A DNA stretch of 64,000 bases from Gammaproteobacteria bacterium (GCA_965215365.1 CBDCDS010000003.1:352001-416000); one strand, 5' to 3'. Shown: positions 41,301 through 49,682, counted from the stretch's first letter. Notes: generated by a model from the letters alone, not told the origin. A program made the numbers and translations.

Positions 41301-41726
41301 CACGGTCTGTGGCAGCTGACGGTCAAGGGGCGCCTGCTGGCCATGCCGGGCGCGACCGGCTATCGCGAACGGGGGTTGCGCTTAGCGGTATCCCGGCGCA
41401 CCCCCGGCCCGGCGGGCACGAGCTTCAGTGTCGAGTCCCGCTGGGGCGATGATGCCGGTGCCACCGATACGCTGTGGGCCGAGCGTCTGCACGAGCGGCG
41501 CGCCCTGAGCACCCGCCCCACCTGGGCGCTGGAAGTGCGCGCCGGGCACGGCTGGCACTTGCCCGGCGGCGCTCAGCTGCGCGGTGCGCTCAGCTTAGGA
41601 CACGCCGGGCGCGGCGCCGATGCCCTGCTGACCTTGCAACTGAGCCCCGGCGCAGCGCCACCGCCCCCAATCTCCGAGCGCCCCGCCGGGGCGCCGGCAC
41701 CCACCGCAGCAGGAGGCAGGCTATGA
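35394..41726 (+). CDS. Giant adhesin: N-terminal beta-sandwich, multiple fibronectin type III and Calx-beta-like domains, low-complexity linker, autotransporter-like C-terminal beta domain
   Basis: Signal peptide AQA-QTLVSN. About seven FN3 repeats (PTGLTATPGDGQVxLSW...GLTNGTAYxFQVRA), Calx-beta DALREPDETVILTL, FTTTNWSTAQTVTV repeats, poly-Asn and P/A/T tracts, and C-terminal amphipathic strands (WTLWGQG, AVHPYL). Confidence 0.85.
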   Translation: MPRSRVSPSAVWRYLSPRKPAPRRRSAWRTLTAALLALPLLVGLAPSAQAQTLVSNTAQTVSGGGSPNERASSFTTGSNAYGYTLLAVDIGVGSNANRTLSVAIRENSSSRPGDLVARLTNPSSVTANALNIFAAPANTTLAANTTYWLVFNDGRRANVSAQNAGMQVTSSNQQNGATGWSIGDESRVTGSGQPFAIGSGIHIRFAVKGAPNGPAAPTGLTATPGPGSGQVTLRWTASGDSRITSYQYDNWRGTPGNWGGWRNFSPGAGPGATGGRISGLVNGDQYGFRVRARAGALQGAASDAATATPAANPPPAKPTGLTATPGDGQVMLSWDNPRDSRISLYQVRQRASGGSWGGWVAIGTSDANTTRLTRGGLTNGTAYDFQIRARAGTRFSPDSDTVSATPQGTPVAQFRFASASTPEENTLGRIFFDIAPAPSAAITLAYTVTGTATRGSGGDFALPDSDSVAVPPGRGAVFIQIVLLEDALREPDETVILTLADGAGYDLGGRTTYTLTIEDDDPPLAPAGFAAAAGDGQVVLSWTDPSDAAISGYQFRQRTPPDTGSWGTWTAIASSTATTTTHTVTGLTNGTAYGFQVRAVDGTLNGAASAEATATPNPPPAAPTGLTATAQPRSVRLSWTNPNNAAITGWQYRQGTGDPVSWGSWTNFSGPFIGTTIERDIAGLTSGTEYSFQVRALAGTVQGTASDTVSATPLAPAPPPAKPAGLTATAGSGQVTLNWTDPSNAAITAWQFRRRTPPGGGSWGDWIPITPSTATTTTHTVTGLTNGTAYEFQVRALAGLRRGPASDAVSATPQAPRPAKFNVNAVVTGNQITLFWTTSGSAITGFQLRRGTGPSDAVAWGMWTNISGGGAVRRQNITGLDWATTYHFEVRAVAGTVLGVASDTVSATTAPARPSGLAAAAGDGRVVLSWAAPSGTLTGYEYRYRATGNNWGSWTAIPNSAALTTYTVTGLTNGTEYSFQLRARSGSGDRQVSAVSVTVSATPAATATGLVLNPTALTVTEGESATYTVALTTQPTGSVTVTVSGASGEVTVDTNSTAAGNQSTLTFTTTNWSTAQTVTVAADEDADTDNDSATLTHSASGGGYGSVTATVAVTVTDNDTPPAKPAGFTATPGHTRVTLSWTNPNNAVITGWEYWHLGDWRPIPNSDADTVGYVVTGLSNNVAYTFRVRALAGSTKGTPSDPQRVTPMAPPLQLSVDSLTLAEGGQSTYTVALGSQPPAGIGGTVVAITSDNPDVTVSPAALDFTRTNWNAPQTVTVTAAQDEDTANDRATLTHTPTGGRQEGSGVTLAVTVTETGAVPPPATPNTPATPPATPNTPTTPTTPATPPANNNNNNNNNNNNNNNNNNNNNGSGSSSGGGGSPSPAPAAPGTAAVTITPPGALRVAVADAVATPDTDAHRVSYQLRLSRRPAGTVLITPVSSDSTIATVSAPLQITPANWTAPHLVTVTGVRAGRVGITHRLRGGGYDGVPIPEVTVIVGDGGADPRKRRPAASAPAAETDSAPGADSEPAPAAATETPPEAGADATPAAIETTPATAAEAGADTTPAADTTPAATAAVTPDAAATPATAAEAAPAPTPETTAEPVAPAPLPSGALAALARSHLNGARAVLGARSDAEAHARDHLTLAGRTLSWEALWGADGAGALGHAVDPIALSPALAHARPWVDATGRCASWTTAACGMDLSAQGSATNTGGAGLWETLTYQLLSGQLRAGGLDRALWQDSGFALTLSRPDEDGAGAGRRWTLWGQGHVHAVAALPAHSGLNTELRTAWLGLDTPIGDSARLGLALSRQQDPNGLTAVHPYLSWSHGATRISALGGFGRSTGYDSPSPGAAPAPAQDGSIVPDSYPLGLTMGVVEVAHPLGHFAGMTLAARADSSWARLARLDDAGHTLQVETVRTVRIGLAGGGQLPSWSAHPELTLSPSLALHGRTDTGTGQSGQALELAGGLDSTHGLWQLTVKGRLLAMPGATGYRERGLRLAVSRRTPGPAGTSFSVESRWGDDAGATDTLWAERLHERRALSTRPTWALEVRAGHGWHLPGGAQLRGALSLGHAGRGADALLTLQLSPGAAPPPPISERPAGAPAPTAAGGRL
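39438..39500 (+). repeat. (AAC/AAT)21 trinucleotide tract encoding poly-Asn
   Basis: 63 bp of AAC/AAT codons in frame within the adhesin linker. Confidence 0.95.
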
Positions 41727-43621
41727 CGATTGCCTACGAACGTCCCGGGCAGGATGCCCCGGCTGGCGTTGACACTCCTTACACCCTGGCCGTGGGCGCA
41801 CGCTTTCGCGGCCTGATTGCCACGCGCACCGATGCCGACTGGGTACGGGTAGAGTTAACCGCCGGGGAGACCTACACCATGACCTTAGGCGGCATTGGCC
41901 CGGGGCCGGCCGGCGATACGGTGCTCACGCTGTACGATAACACCGGCGCGCAGGTAGCCCGTAACGATGATGTCAACTTCAGCGCCGGGGAGACCCACTC
42001 GCAGCTGACGTTTAGGCCCAATACCGATGGGATATATTACCTGCAAGCCGCAGTCTATACCCGTAACCCGACCCACGACCATGCCGGGCGCTATGAGCTG
42101 CGCCTGTATGATAGCGGCGCCTTCACGGCACGCCGGCTCACCGGCAGTGCTGAGGACGACCGCCTGCCGGCCGGCGACAGTGCCGGCCCCGGCGACGACA
42201 CCTTGGACGGCGGCGGTGGCGATGACACCTTAGCCGGCGGCCCCGGCGGTGACAGGCTCATTGGCGGGCCCGGCAGTGACACCGCCTGGTACGGTGACTC
42301 CGGCGCTGGGGTGAGCATACGCTTAGAGACCGGCCGCGCACAGGGCGGGCACGCGACCGGTGACAGCTTCGGGGTGCAACGCATCACCGTTATCGATGCC
42401 GTCGGGCAGACCCGCGTGCGCAATGTCCCGGATGTTGAGAACCTCATTGGCTCAGCACATAGTGATGTGCTCATCGGTAATGCCTTGCCCAATGACTTAG
42501 ACGGGGGCGAGGGCGCTGATACCTTAGACGGTCGGGATGGCAATGACTGGCTCACCGGCGGCCCTGGCGCTGATGTACTGCGCGGCGGGCCGGGCTTCGA
42601 TGCGGTGAGCTACGCTGCCTCCCCGGCCGGGGTGACGGTGAACCTCACCAGCGGGCAGGCTGTCGGCGGGGACGCCGAGGGTGATACCTTTCCCGGGCGT
42701 CAGCTCGTCACCTGGACGGATGCCGCCGGGGGGGTGCGCAGTGGTCGGGTGGCCGACATTGAATACTTAGACGGCTCGGAGCATGACGACATTCTAATCG
42801 GCGCCTCCGGGGCCGATCGCCTTGAAGGGCGGGGCGGGGACGACCGCCTTGCAGGGCGCGCCGGGGACGACCGCCTTGAAGGCGAGGCCGGGGCGGATGT
42901 GCTCAGCGGGGGTGAGGGTCAGGACACCGCCTCGTATCGCTACTCCGATGCCGGTGTCATCGTGCGCCTGCACAGCGGGCAGGCGCACGGCGGTCATGCC
43001 GAGGGCGATACCTTCACCCCGGTGGCGGGGAGGACGGAGGGCGAGGCGCTGTTGGACATCGAGCACTTACACGGCTCGGACTACCACGACATCTTAGCCG
43101 GGGACGGGCGTGACAACACCTTAACCGGCGGCGGCGGCAACGACACCCTCTACGGCGGCCCGGCGGGCGGCGATGACACCCTGCACGGCGGGGCTGGCAA
43201 TGACCGGCTGTTCGGCGGCAAGGGCAACGATACCCTGCATGGCGGGGCCGGCCACGACACCCTGCGCGGCAACCTCGGCGAGGATACCCTGCGCGGCGGG
43301 GATGGTAATGATACTTTGCACGGCGGGGACGGCGCTGACACCCTCACCGGCGGGGACGGCAACGATACCTTCATCTTCACCCCCGGCGCCGGCCACGACA
43401 CCGTCACCGACTTCGGGCGCGGGGACGACCGCATTGACCTGAGCGCCTTCGCCGACCTCAGTACCGTCAGCGACTTAACCTTACAACCCGGCCCGCAGGG
43501 CCTCGTCATCGACTTCACCGGGCACGGCGGCGGCACGCTCACTCTCACCGGCATAGCACAGGACGACCTCACCGACGCCAGTTTTGTCTTCGCCGGTGCC
43601 GATGCCTCGCTGCTGGGCTGA
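41723..43621 (+). CDS. RTX-like calcium-binding protein with N-terminal PPC-like domain
   Basis: AGGAGG RBS and ATGA overlap with the adhesin stop. DADWVRVELTAGETY PPC-like motif, many GGxGxDxLx nonapeptides, C-terminal GHDTVTDF...DRIDLS type I secretion-type tail; no Sec signal. Confidence 0.88.
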   Translation: MTIAYERPGQDAPAGVDTPYTLAVGARFRGLIATRTDADWVRVELTAGETYTMTLGGIGPGPAGDTVLTLYDNTGAQVARNDDVNFSAGETHSQLTFRPNTDGIYYLQAAVYTRNPTHDHAGRYELRLYDSGAFTARRLTGSAEDDRLPAGDSAGPGDDTLDGGGGDDTLAGGPGGDRLIGGPGSDTAWYGDSGAGVSIRLETGRAQGGHATGDSFGVQRITVIDAVGQTRVRNVPDVENLIGSAHSDVLIGNALPNDLDGGEGADTLDGRDGNDWLTGGPGADVLRGGPGFDAVSYAASPAGVTVNLTSGQAVGGDAEGDTFPGRQLVTWTDAAGGVRSGRVADIEYLDGSEHDDILIGASGADRLEGRGGDDRLAGRAGDDRLEGEAGADVLSGGEGQDTASYRYSDAGVIVRLHSGQAHGGHAEGDTFTPVAGRTEGEALLDIEHLHGSDYHDILAGDGRDNTLTGGGGNDTLYGGPAGGDDTLHGGAGNDRLFGGKGNDTLHGGAGHDTLRGNLGEDTLRGGDGNDTLHGGDGADTLTGGDGNDTFIFTPGAGHDTVTDFGRGDDRIDLSAFADLSTVSDLTLQPGPQGLVIDFTGHGGGTLTLTGIAQDDLTDASFVFAGADASLLG

Positions 43622-43628
43622 GGTGGCC

Positions 43629-43684
43629 GAAAAAAAAATTCAAAAAAACACTTGACGGACTGATTTTATGTTGTAAGCTATAAC
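43629..43684 (+). promoter_or_regulatory. Putative promoter of the T4SS/pilus operon (A-tract module, divergent copy 3)
   Basis: A-tracts, then TTGACG (43652-43657) and a TAAGCT/TATAAC -10-like region. Confidence 0.5.
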
Positions 43685-43760
43685 CCATAATGGGTCGCAG
43701 TAGCGTCAGGCGACGCGGCGGCGGCCTTGATTACCACTTCCTTTACGGATAGCTAAAGGC

Positions 43761-46277
43761 ATGGATTTGATGAACGGAGAACCCGTTAACACCTATCATG
43801 GCGCGTTCAGGCCCTGTCACGGGTTTGTGCTGTCCTATAGCGGCTCCCTGCTCGGCGCCATTGAGATCGATGGCATCGACCCGGACGGCATGTCGCAACA
43901 GGATTTGCAGGCTTTTTCCATCGTCCTCAGGAACCTGCTGAATATCCTGCCCCAGTCTATAGTTCTGCAGCAGTATTACGTGCATTACCGTGATCTGAAG
44001 GTGGCATTTGCCGCACGGCAGAACCCGGTCTGCAATGCGCTGAACCGCTACCGGGAACGGCACCTGAACGGGCTGCGTCTGGCCGGCGCCCGCTGCGTGC
44101 TGTTCGTTGAGATGTTTCCCGAACGTCAGGACGAAGCCAGCCTCATGCTGTTCCTGCGCCACTTGTACCGCAGCCGGCGCCACGCGCAGTCCAGGGACTA
44201 TGTGCGGCGTTTTATCCTGTATGGCCGGGCCCGCAGCGTTTCCGCCGCCGCCCTGGCCAAGCTGGCGCCGGCGCTGGCAACCCGGATCGGCGACATTATC
44301 AATTATTGCAACGGCTTGTTCGGTGCCCGGCAACTGGATCTGGACGAGACCTACCGGGTCATGAAATTCCTGGCGACGCTGGAAGTGAGCTACCTGGATA
44401 GCGACCTGCGCTGCCCGCAGTTTCTCGATACCGATCTGAGCGACGGGCAGGTGACACCGGTGACCCGCAACGGCATGGATTTGTTGCGCCTGCAGAACCG
44501 CCACAATACCTATACGCGCGTGTTGTCGGTAAAGCAATTCAATTTTGACCGGTTCACACCGGGACTGTTTGCCCGGGGACCGATCAAGGCACCGGGCAAC
44601 TACGTACTGACTACCCGTTACAAGGGTATGAGTGAGGCATCCCGGAGCCTGTTCTTCTTCAACCGCAAGAAAGAGCTGGAGCGGGAGACGCTGAGCTTTG
44701 CCGACTTCATCAAGGGTCTCGACAACAGCCGCGCACAGCCGCGCGAGTTGCAGGTGTTCCGACCGTCACTGATACGGAAATTCCAGGAGCTCGACGAGGC
44801 CGCGTCCCTGCAGGACAACCTGGGATTGGTCGCCACCCACGCAGTGGTGTTCGACACGGATGTGAAGGAACTAGAGCAGACCACCGCACGCGTGCAAGCG
44901 GCCCTGCAACAGAACCAGCTCAGCATCCTGTGGGAGACGGTGGCGCAAACGGATGTGTTCTTCGACCTGCAACCCTGCGCCGACCATCACGGCCGCTTTT
45001 TCCGGGATATTCCCCTGAACACCTCACAGTTTTCCACCTTGTCGCTGTTCCACAAGGCGGCCCAGGGGGCAACAACGGTGGCCGACTTAGGTAACGAGGA
45101 AGCGCAATACGTATTCACATCCGCAGATGCCTCACCGTATTATTTTTCGCCGTTTTGCGGCGGACGCGGCTTCCTGATCGGGGTCGGGCCGGTGCGCAGC
45201 GGCAAGTCTTTCCTGCGCACCTGCATCGGCATCCACTGGCTCAAGTATGGCGGGTTCTATCGCGCCATTGATATCGATCCCGGCTCCGAACCCATCGCCC
45301 ATGCGTTTGGCGCGGATGCCGGCATCGTGCGCTTTGGCGCCGGGCCGGCGCGCGGTTTTAACCTGTTCTCCCAGGCGCAAGGGCCCGACGACACCCACTT
45401 CATTGCGCACCTGAACCGGCAGCTGGTAGCGATGATCAAGAGCAACGACTCGGCGGAATTGCGCCAACTGTCTGGCGCCGAGCAACTGGCGCTGGACCGG
45501 GCCGTGCGCCAGGTGTTGAGATTGCCATGCGCACTGCAAACGCTGACGACCCTGGTCAAGCACTGTCCGGCAGCGGTGCAGCAGAAACTGGCGCGTATGA
45601 CCGGCGCCGGACCGTACGCGCCGCTGTTCGACGCGCAACACGATGCCATCGGCAACCCGGACCGGAAGGTGGCGGTGTACAATCTGGCCGACCTCAGAGA
45701 CGATGCCGTCGCCAAGCCGTTGGTGATGGCAGAGATTGCCTACCGGGTATTGCGTTTTTATGAAAACCCGGCGCGGCGCACCTGCCCGAAGTGGCTGGAT
45801 GTGGATGAATGCCACCATATCCTGGCCGATCCGGAGCTGACCCGCACCCTGTTGCTGGAGCGGGTGCGCACCTGGGGCAAGATGCTGGCCGGTATCGGCT
45901 TATGGACGCAGTCCGGCATCGAACTCGGCAACATGGAGAATTGGGAAGCGCTGCGCAGCGCCGCCTCGACCTTTATCTTCACCGCCGACCCGGAACTGAA
46001 CAAGGACACCTACCGCAACATCTTCAACCTGACGGAGGGGGAGCTGGACACCATCCGCGGCATGATCCCGAAACGGGAGTTTTACCTGATCCAGCGCGAC
46101 CTGAACGTCTCCAAGAAGTGCACCCTGTCGGTGGAGCCGGAACAGTATGTGTTATCGACCTCCAGTCCGGCGGAACAGACCTTGTATTTTGACAATGTTG
46201 AACGTTACGGTTTTGAGGTCGGGGTCAAAAAGACGGTGGCAGCGCTGGGCCGACAAGAGCAGGCGGAACAGCAATGA
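43761..46277 (+). CDS. VirB4/TrbE-family type IV secretion ATPase
   Basis: 838 aa; N-terminal GSLLGAIEIDGID; Walker A GPVRSGKS; GFNLF; Walker B WLDVDECH; LWTQS; FNLTEGE. Confidence 0.85.
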   Translation: MDLMNGEPVNTYHGAFRPCHGFVLSYSGSLLGAIEIDGIDPDGMSQQDLQAFSIVLRNLLNILPQSIVLQQYYVHYRDLKVAFAARQNPVCNALNRYRERHLNGLRLAGARCVLFVEMFPERQDEASLMLFLRHLYRSRRHAQSRDYVRRFILYGRARSVSAAALAKLAPALATRIGDIINYCNGLFGARQLDLDETYRVMKFLATLEVSYLDSDLRCPQFLDTDLSDGQVTPVTRNGMDLLRLQNRHNTYTRVLSVKQFNFDRFTPGLFARGPIKAPGNYVLTTRYKGMSEASRSLFFFNRKKELERETLSFADFIKGLDNSRAQPRELQVFRPSLIRKFQELDEAASLQDNLGLVATHAVVFDTDVKELEQTTARVQAALQQNQLSILWETVAQTDVFFDLQPCADHHGRFFRDIPLNTSQFSTLSLFHKAAQGATTVADLGNEEAQYVFTSADASPYYFSPFCGGRGFLIGVGPVRSGKSFLRTCIGIHWLKYGGFYRAIDIDPGSEPIAHAFGADAGIVRFGAGPARGFNLFSQAQGPDDTHFIAHLNRQLVAMIKSNDSAELRQLSGAEQLALDRAVRQVLRLPCALQTLTTLVKHCPAAVQQKLARMTGAGPYAPLFDAQHDAIGNPDRKVAVYNLADLRDDAVAKPLVMAEIAYRVLRFYENPARRTCPKWLDVDECHHILADPELTRTLLLERVRTWGKMLAGIGLWTQSGIELGNMENWEALRSAASTFIFTADPELNKDTYRNIFNLTEGELDTIRGMIPKREFYLIQRDLNVSKKCTLSVEPEQYVLSTSSPAEQTLYFDNVERYGFEVGVKKTVAALGRQEQAEQQ

Positions 46278-47122
46278 GAACACTATTCCTTATACCGGCG
46301 CTCTGCTGCTGGCTCAGCAGTGCGGTGCACGGTGCCGGTATCCCGACCGTCGATGTCGGCGTGATTGCCCAGCAGCTGCGCGCCTACCAGCAGTTATTAC
46401 GGGATTTTGAAATCCAGTTACAGCAGGTCGGGCTGGATGCCGAGCAGTTGACCCTGCTCAACCGCCAGTTCGGCCAGACCCTGAAGGAATACGATGACTA
46501 CCTGCAACAGGTGCGGGGCTTGCAACGGGTGATCTCGCGCAAGGACTGGGAGGGGCTGTTCCAGGCCTTGAAAAATCAATACGGCATCAGCCCTTATGCT
46601 CGCATCGTGACGCAGCGCGCCTCGGGTCATGCCGGCAGGGATGCCATCGACGCCGAGGTGCAGCGGCTCTACCCGCTCCCGGCCGCGGTTGAGCAGGTGC
46701 GGGGACAGCTTGCCGCCAGCGGTCTTGACCCGGAACCCTGGGCGCGGCAAGCGCAGCGCCAGCGGGCGCGCTACGAGGCCTACCGGGACCAGCTGGAACT
46801 GGCCCGGGACGGCAACCGGGAGCTGCTGCAACGCTATCGCAACGTCAGGGTCACCAGGGATAATTTCAACTTAGGCGACAAGAGCGACTTGAACGCATTG
46901 CAGACCGGCGTGACCGCCGACTTCCATATTATTGATGAACTGCAAGCCCTGAACAAAATCCACAACCAGCAGTTGCTGCATGCCAACCACGGCTATATCC
47001 AGGCGCTGTCGGCGGCGGAGGCGCAGCGCCGGGCCGAGGCTGAGCGCCTGCAACAGGTAGCCGACCGGACCCGGACGGCGCGTGCATTCCGCTGGCGCGA
47101 CCTGCGGTTACAAGAGCGCTGA
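46274..47122 (+). CDS. VirB5/TrbJ-like protein
   Basis: Signal peptide then GIPTVD motif, Gln-rich helices; directly follows virB4. Confidence 0.7.
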   Translation: MRTLFLIPALCCWLSSAVHGAGIPTVDVGVIAQQLRAYQQLLRDFEIQLQQVGLDAEQLTLLNRQFGQTLKEYDDYLQQVRGLQRVISRKDWEGLFQALKNQYGISPYARIVTQRASGHAGRDAIDAEVQRLYPLPAAVEQVRGQLAASGLDPEPWARQAQRQRARYEAYRDQLELARDGNRELLQRYRNVRVTRDNFNLGDKSDLNALQTGVTADFHIIDELQALNKIHNQQLLHANHGYIQALSAAEAQRRAEAERLQQVADRTRTARAFRWRDLRLQER

Positions 47123-48105
47123 TGAAAAAACGTTATCTCACAGCCTTGCTCATATCGCTCCCGGCGCCGGCGGCGCGGGCGGCGCCGATCGACCCCGCCA
47201 GCTTTCTGGGAGAGTTCTTCAATCAGGCCAGCCGCCTGACCGACGCGTTGATCGGCGTCTCCACGGAGCTGTACCGTTTCTCCGAGCTGGAATGGACGGT
47301 GTTTACCGTGTTTGCCCTGGTCATCGTGCTGATCAAGTGGACTATCGGCGCCGCGGCAGTCAAGGATGTGCTGTTCGTGGTGCTGATGATCCTCATTGCC
47401 CAGTCGCTGTTGCAATCCTACGACTATGTGCTGGCGCTGCTCTGGGAAATTGCCTCGGTGTTATCCGATGATATCAACCTGAACACCTATCAGGCGTTGA
47501 ATCTGGGCGCCACGGGTATCGATTCAACCGGAGTCTTCCTGCTGGACATGCTCAACCACGTTATGGAACGATTTACCTTTGAACCGGCGCCTGAGAATGC
47601 CGGCTTTTTCTCCATATTCAGCAATTTCGCCGTGAACCTGCGCGATTCAGTGTTCCTGTTCCTGTTTATCGTGGTGCTGTTTGCCGTGTTTGCCGTGTCC
47701 TGGATCATCTCGGTAATCGGTATCTGGAGCCTGATGCTCGGTAAAGTGTTGGGGCCGGTATTCATCCCATTCCTGATTTTCAAGCGCGCCAGCGGTTATT
47801 TCGACAACTGGCTCAACTTCATGCTGGGCGGGGTGGTGTATTTCGTCGTTGCGCAGCTCAACATTGCCCTGACCACCCTGGTCATGCTGGAGCTGTTCGA
47901 TTCGACCATCATGGCCGGCAAGGTCCTGAGCCTGACCCCGGATGACCTGTTACGCTTGTTCAGCTATACCGGCCTGCTGCTGGTGGCGGTGTATGCCATG
48001 TTTCGCACCGACCGGGTCGTCAGCGACCTGATCCAGGGCGGTGTCAGCGCCTCCGGGGCTATCGGCCAGGCCGCCGCGATGATGTCCACAAGGCTGGTGA
48101 GGTGA
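47122..48105 (+). CDS. VirB6/TrbL-like polytopic membrane protein
   Basis: Multiple TMs; LGPVFIPFLIF...YFDNWL motif typical of VirB6. Confidence 0.8.
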   Translation: MKKRYLTALLISLPAPAARAAPIDPASFLGEFFNQASRLTDALIGVSTELYRFSELEWTVFTVFALVIVLIKWTIGAAAVKDVLFVVLMILIAQSLLQSYDYVLALLWEIASVLSDDINLNTYQALNLGATGIDSTGVFLLDMLNHVMERFTFEPAPENAGFFSIFSNFAVNLRDSVFLFLFIVVLFAVFAVSWIISVIGIWSLMLGKVLGPVFIPFLIFKRASGYFDNWLNFMLGGVVYFVVAQLNIALTTLVMLELFDSTIMAGKVLSLTPDDLLRLFSYTGLLLVAVYAMFRTDRVVSDLIQGGVSASGAIGQAAAMMSTRLVR

Positions 48106-48109
48106 CACC

Positions 48110-48841
48110 ATGAACCACACCATCGACAACATCCCTGAGGGACTGGCCCGACGCCTGAACCCGGACAATATTCCGGGCCTGATAGTCACCAATAACCGAC
48201 TGTTGATCACTAATCTGGTGCTGTTGCTGGCGTTCCTGTGCGCGCTGGGCTACGGCATCGCCATGACAGTCATGGCGCAACATAATGAAAAACTCATCTA
48301 CGTCAAACTGGCGCCGGACGGCACCTGGTTTATCGATACCCGCTTCGCGCACAAAAACGAGATAGATTTTTTCCCCGCCACTATCGATCACCTGCTCAGC
48401 AACTACGTCAGGCGCCGCTACCGCGAGGACCCGGCCACCATCAGGAATGACTACGGCTACGCGCTGGCACTGATGGACTCCGGGCTGGCACAGCACTTTA
48501 AGTCACCCACCGGTTATGACGCCGCCGGCAAAGCGGCCCGGGTCAGGGCTTGCGCGGGGTGCGATATCAGGGAGGTGGAGGTCCGCAACATCTACCACTT
48601 CGACATGGATCGGCTCGCCGACGGCGACCCCGATGAGACCAGTTATCGCACCAACGTGTATATCAACGAATTGCTGCGCGCCAGCGCAGACCACAGTGTG
48701 CTGAGCACCCGCAGGGCCATTGTCACGCTGCGCTGGCGCCTGACACCCAGAGCGGCCCTGTCCAGAGACCGGAATGTGCTGATGGCCAACCCCATTGGCT
48801 TGAAAATTATTGAGGAGAAGGCGCTTGATGACCCGGCTTAA
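48110..48841 (+). CDS. VirB8/TrbF-like protein
   Basis: N-terminal TM, YVRRRY, C-terminal NPIGLKI (NPxG motif). Confidence 0.8.
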   Translation: MNHTIDNIPEGLARRLNPDNIPGLIVTNNRLLITNLVLLLAFLCALGYGIAMTVMAQHNEKLIYVKLAPDGTWFIDTRFAHKNEIDFFPATIDHLLSNYVRRRYREDPATIRNDYGYALALMDSGLAQHFKSPTGYDAAGKAARVRACAGCDIREVEVRNIYHFDMDRLADGDPDETSYRTNVYINELLRASADHSVLSTRRAIVTLRWRLTPRAALSRDRNVLMANPIGLKIIEEKALDDPA

Positions 48842-49667
48842 CCTAGATAAACCGGAGCGCATTGTCGTTCTGGCAATGCTGTGCGCGGTGTTATCGATAC
48901 CCGTGTCTGCCGCCGGCGAATCCTGCCGTATCGTCAAGCATGAGCCGCACAAGTTCGTGCGCATCAAGTCCCGGTTGCACCACGGCACACATATCGAGCT
49001 GCCGGAACTGCTGGTCGCGCGCCCGGTCACGGGCAACCGCGACCTGTGGGATGTGGAGGGTGATAACAAACATATCTTTGTCAAACCCAACGACGCCGAC
49101 ACCCGCGAAGGCGGCAGCACCACCGTCACCGCGGTGTCGCACAGCAACCGCTCCTACCATTTCCTGGTGGAACGCTCGACAGACGAGTTTGACCTGTGCG
49201 TAGTGATAACGCATGACGGCGAATTCCTGCCGCAAGGTTCGTTCAGCGGTTTTGCCCGGCACGCCGAGCAGCAGCGCACCCTGTACCAGCAGCAACTGGA
49301 CACGCTGCAACTGCGCCTAGATGAAGCGCAGCAGGCCGGCACCGAGCAGCTTGGCGCAGCACTGGACGAGTACCGCCTGCAACTGTTCACCGGCTACCAG
49401 TGGCACGGCGGCCGTTCCCCTTACGGGAAGGAGCTGGTCAGTGATGTCTATGACGACGGCCGCTTTACCTACATCCGGGTGCGCCACAATCGGGCCGGCG
49501 CCATGTCGCTATTTGCCGACAATAACGGCCAGGAACAGTTCATCGACTACCGCTATGACGCAGACAGGCGGATTTATGTCGTAACCGGGGTGTTCAACCG
49601 CATCCACATGAAGGCGGACGAGAAAACGCGCATCGTCATTACCCGCCGGGGCGCCGCGCACGGGTGA
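48828..49667 (+). CDS. VirB9/TrbG-like protein
   Basis: Signal peptide, NKHIFVKP, NRSYHF, VYDDGRFTYI motif. Confidence 0.85.
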   Translation: MTRLNLDKPERIVVLAMLCAVLSIPVSAAGESCRIVKHEPHKFVRIKSRLHHGTHIELPELLVARPVTGNRDLWDVEGDNKHIFVKPNDADTREGGSTTVTAVSHSNRSYHFLVERSTDEFDLCVVITHDGEFLPQGSFSGFARHAEQQRTLYQQQLDTLQLRLDEAQQAGTEQLGAALDEYRLQLFTGYQWHGGRSPYGKELVSDVYDDGRFTYIRVRHNRAGAMSLFADNNGQEQFIDYRYDADRRIYVVTGVFNRIHMKADEKTRIVITRRGAAHG

Positions 49668-49682
49668 GAAGAGACGTAACCC

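Noticed and set aside
41474-41722. N-terminal extension of the RTX ORF
   Set aside because: It overlaps the adhesin in another frame; the AGGAGG RBS and ATGA overlap point to a start at 41723.
43622-43760. Hidden small virB2/virB3 ORF upstream of virB4
   Set aside because: Only ~20-codon frames are present, without the required hydrophobic segments; the region looks like a promoter.
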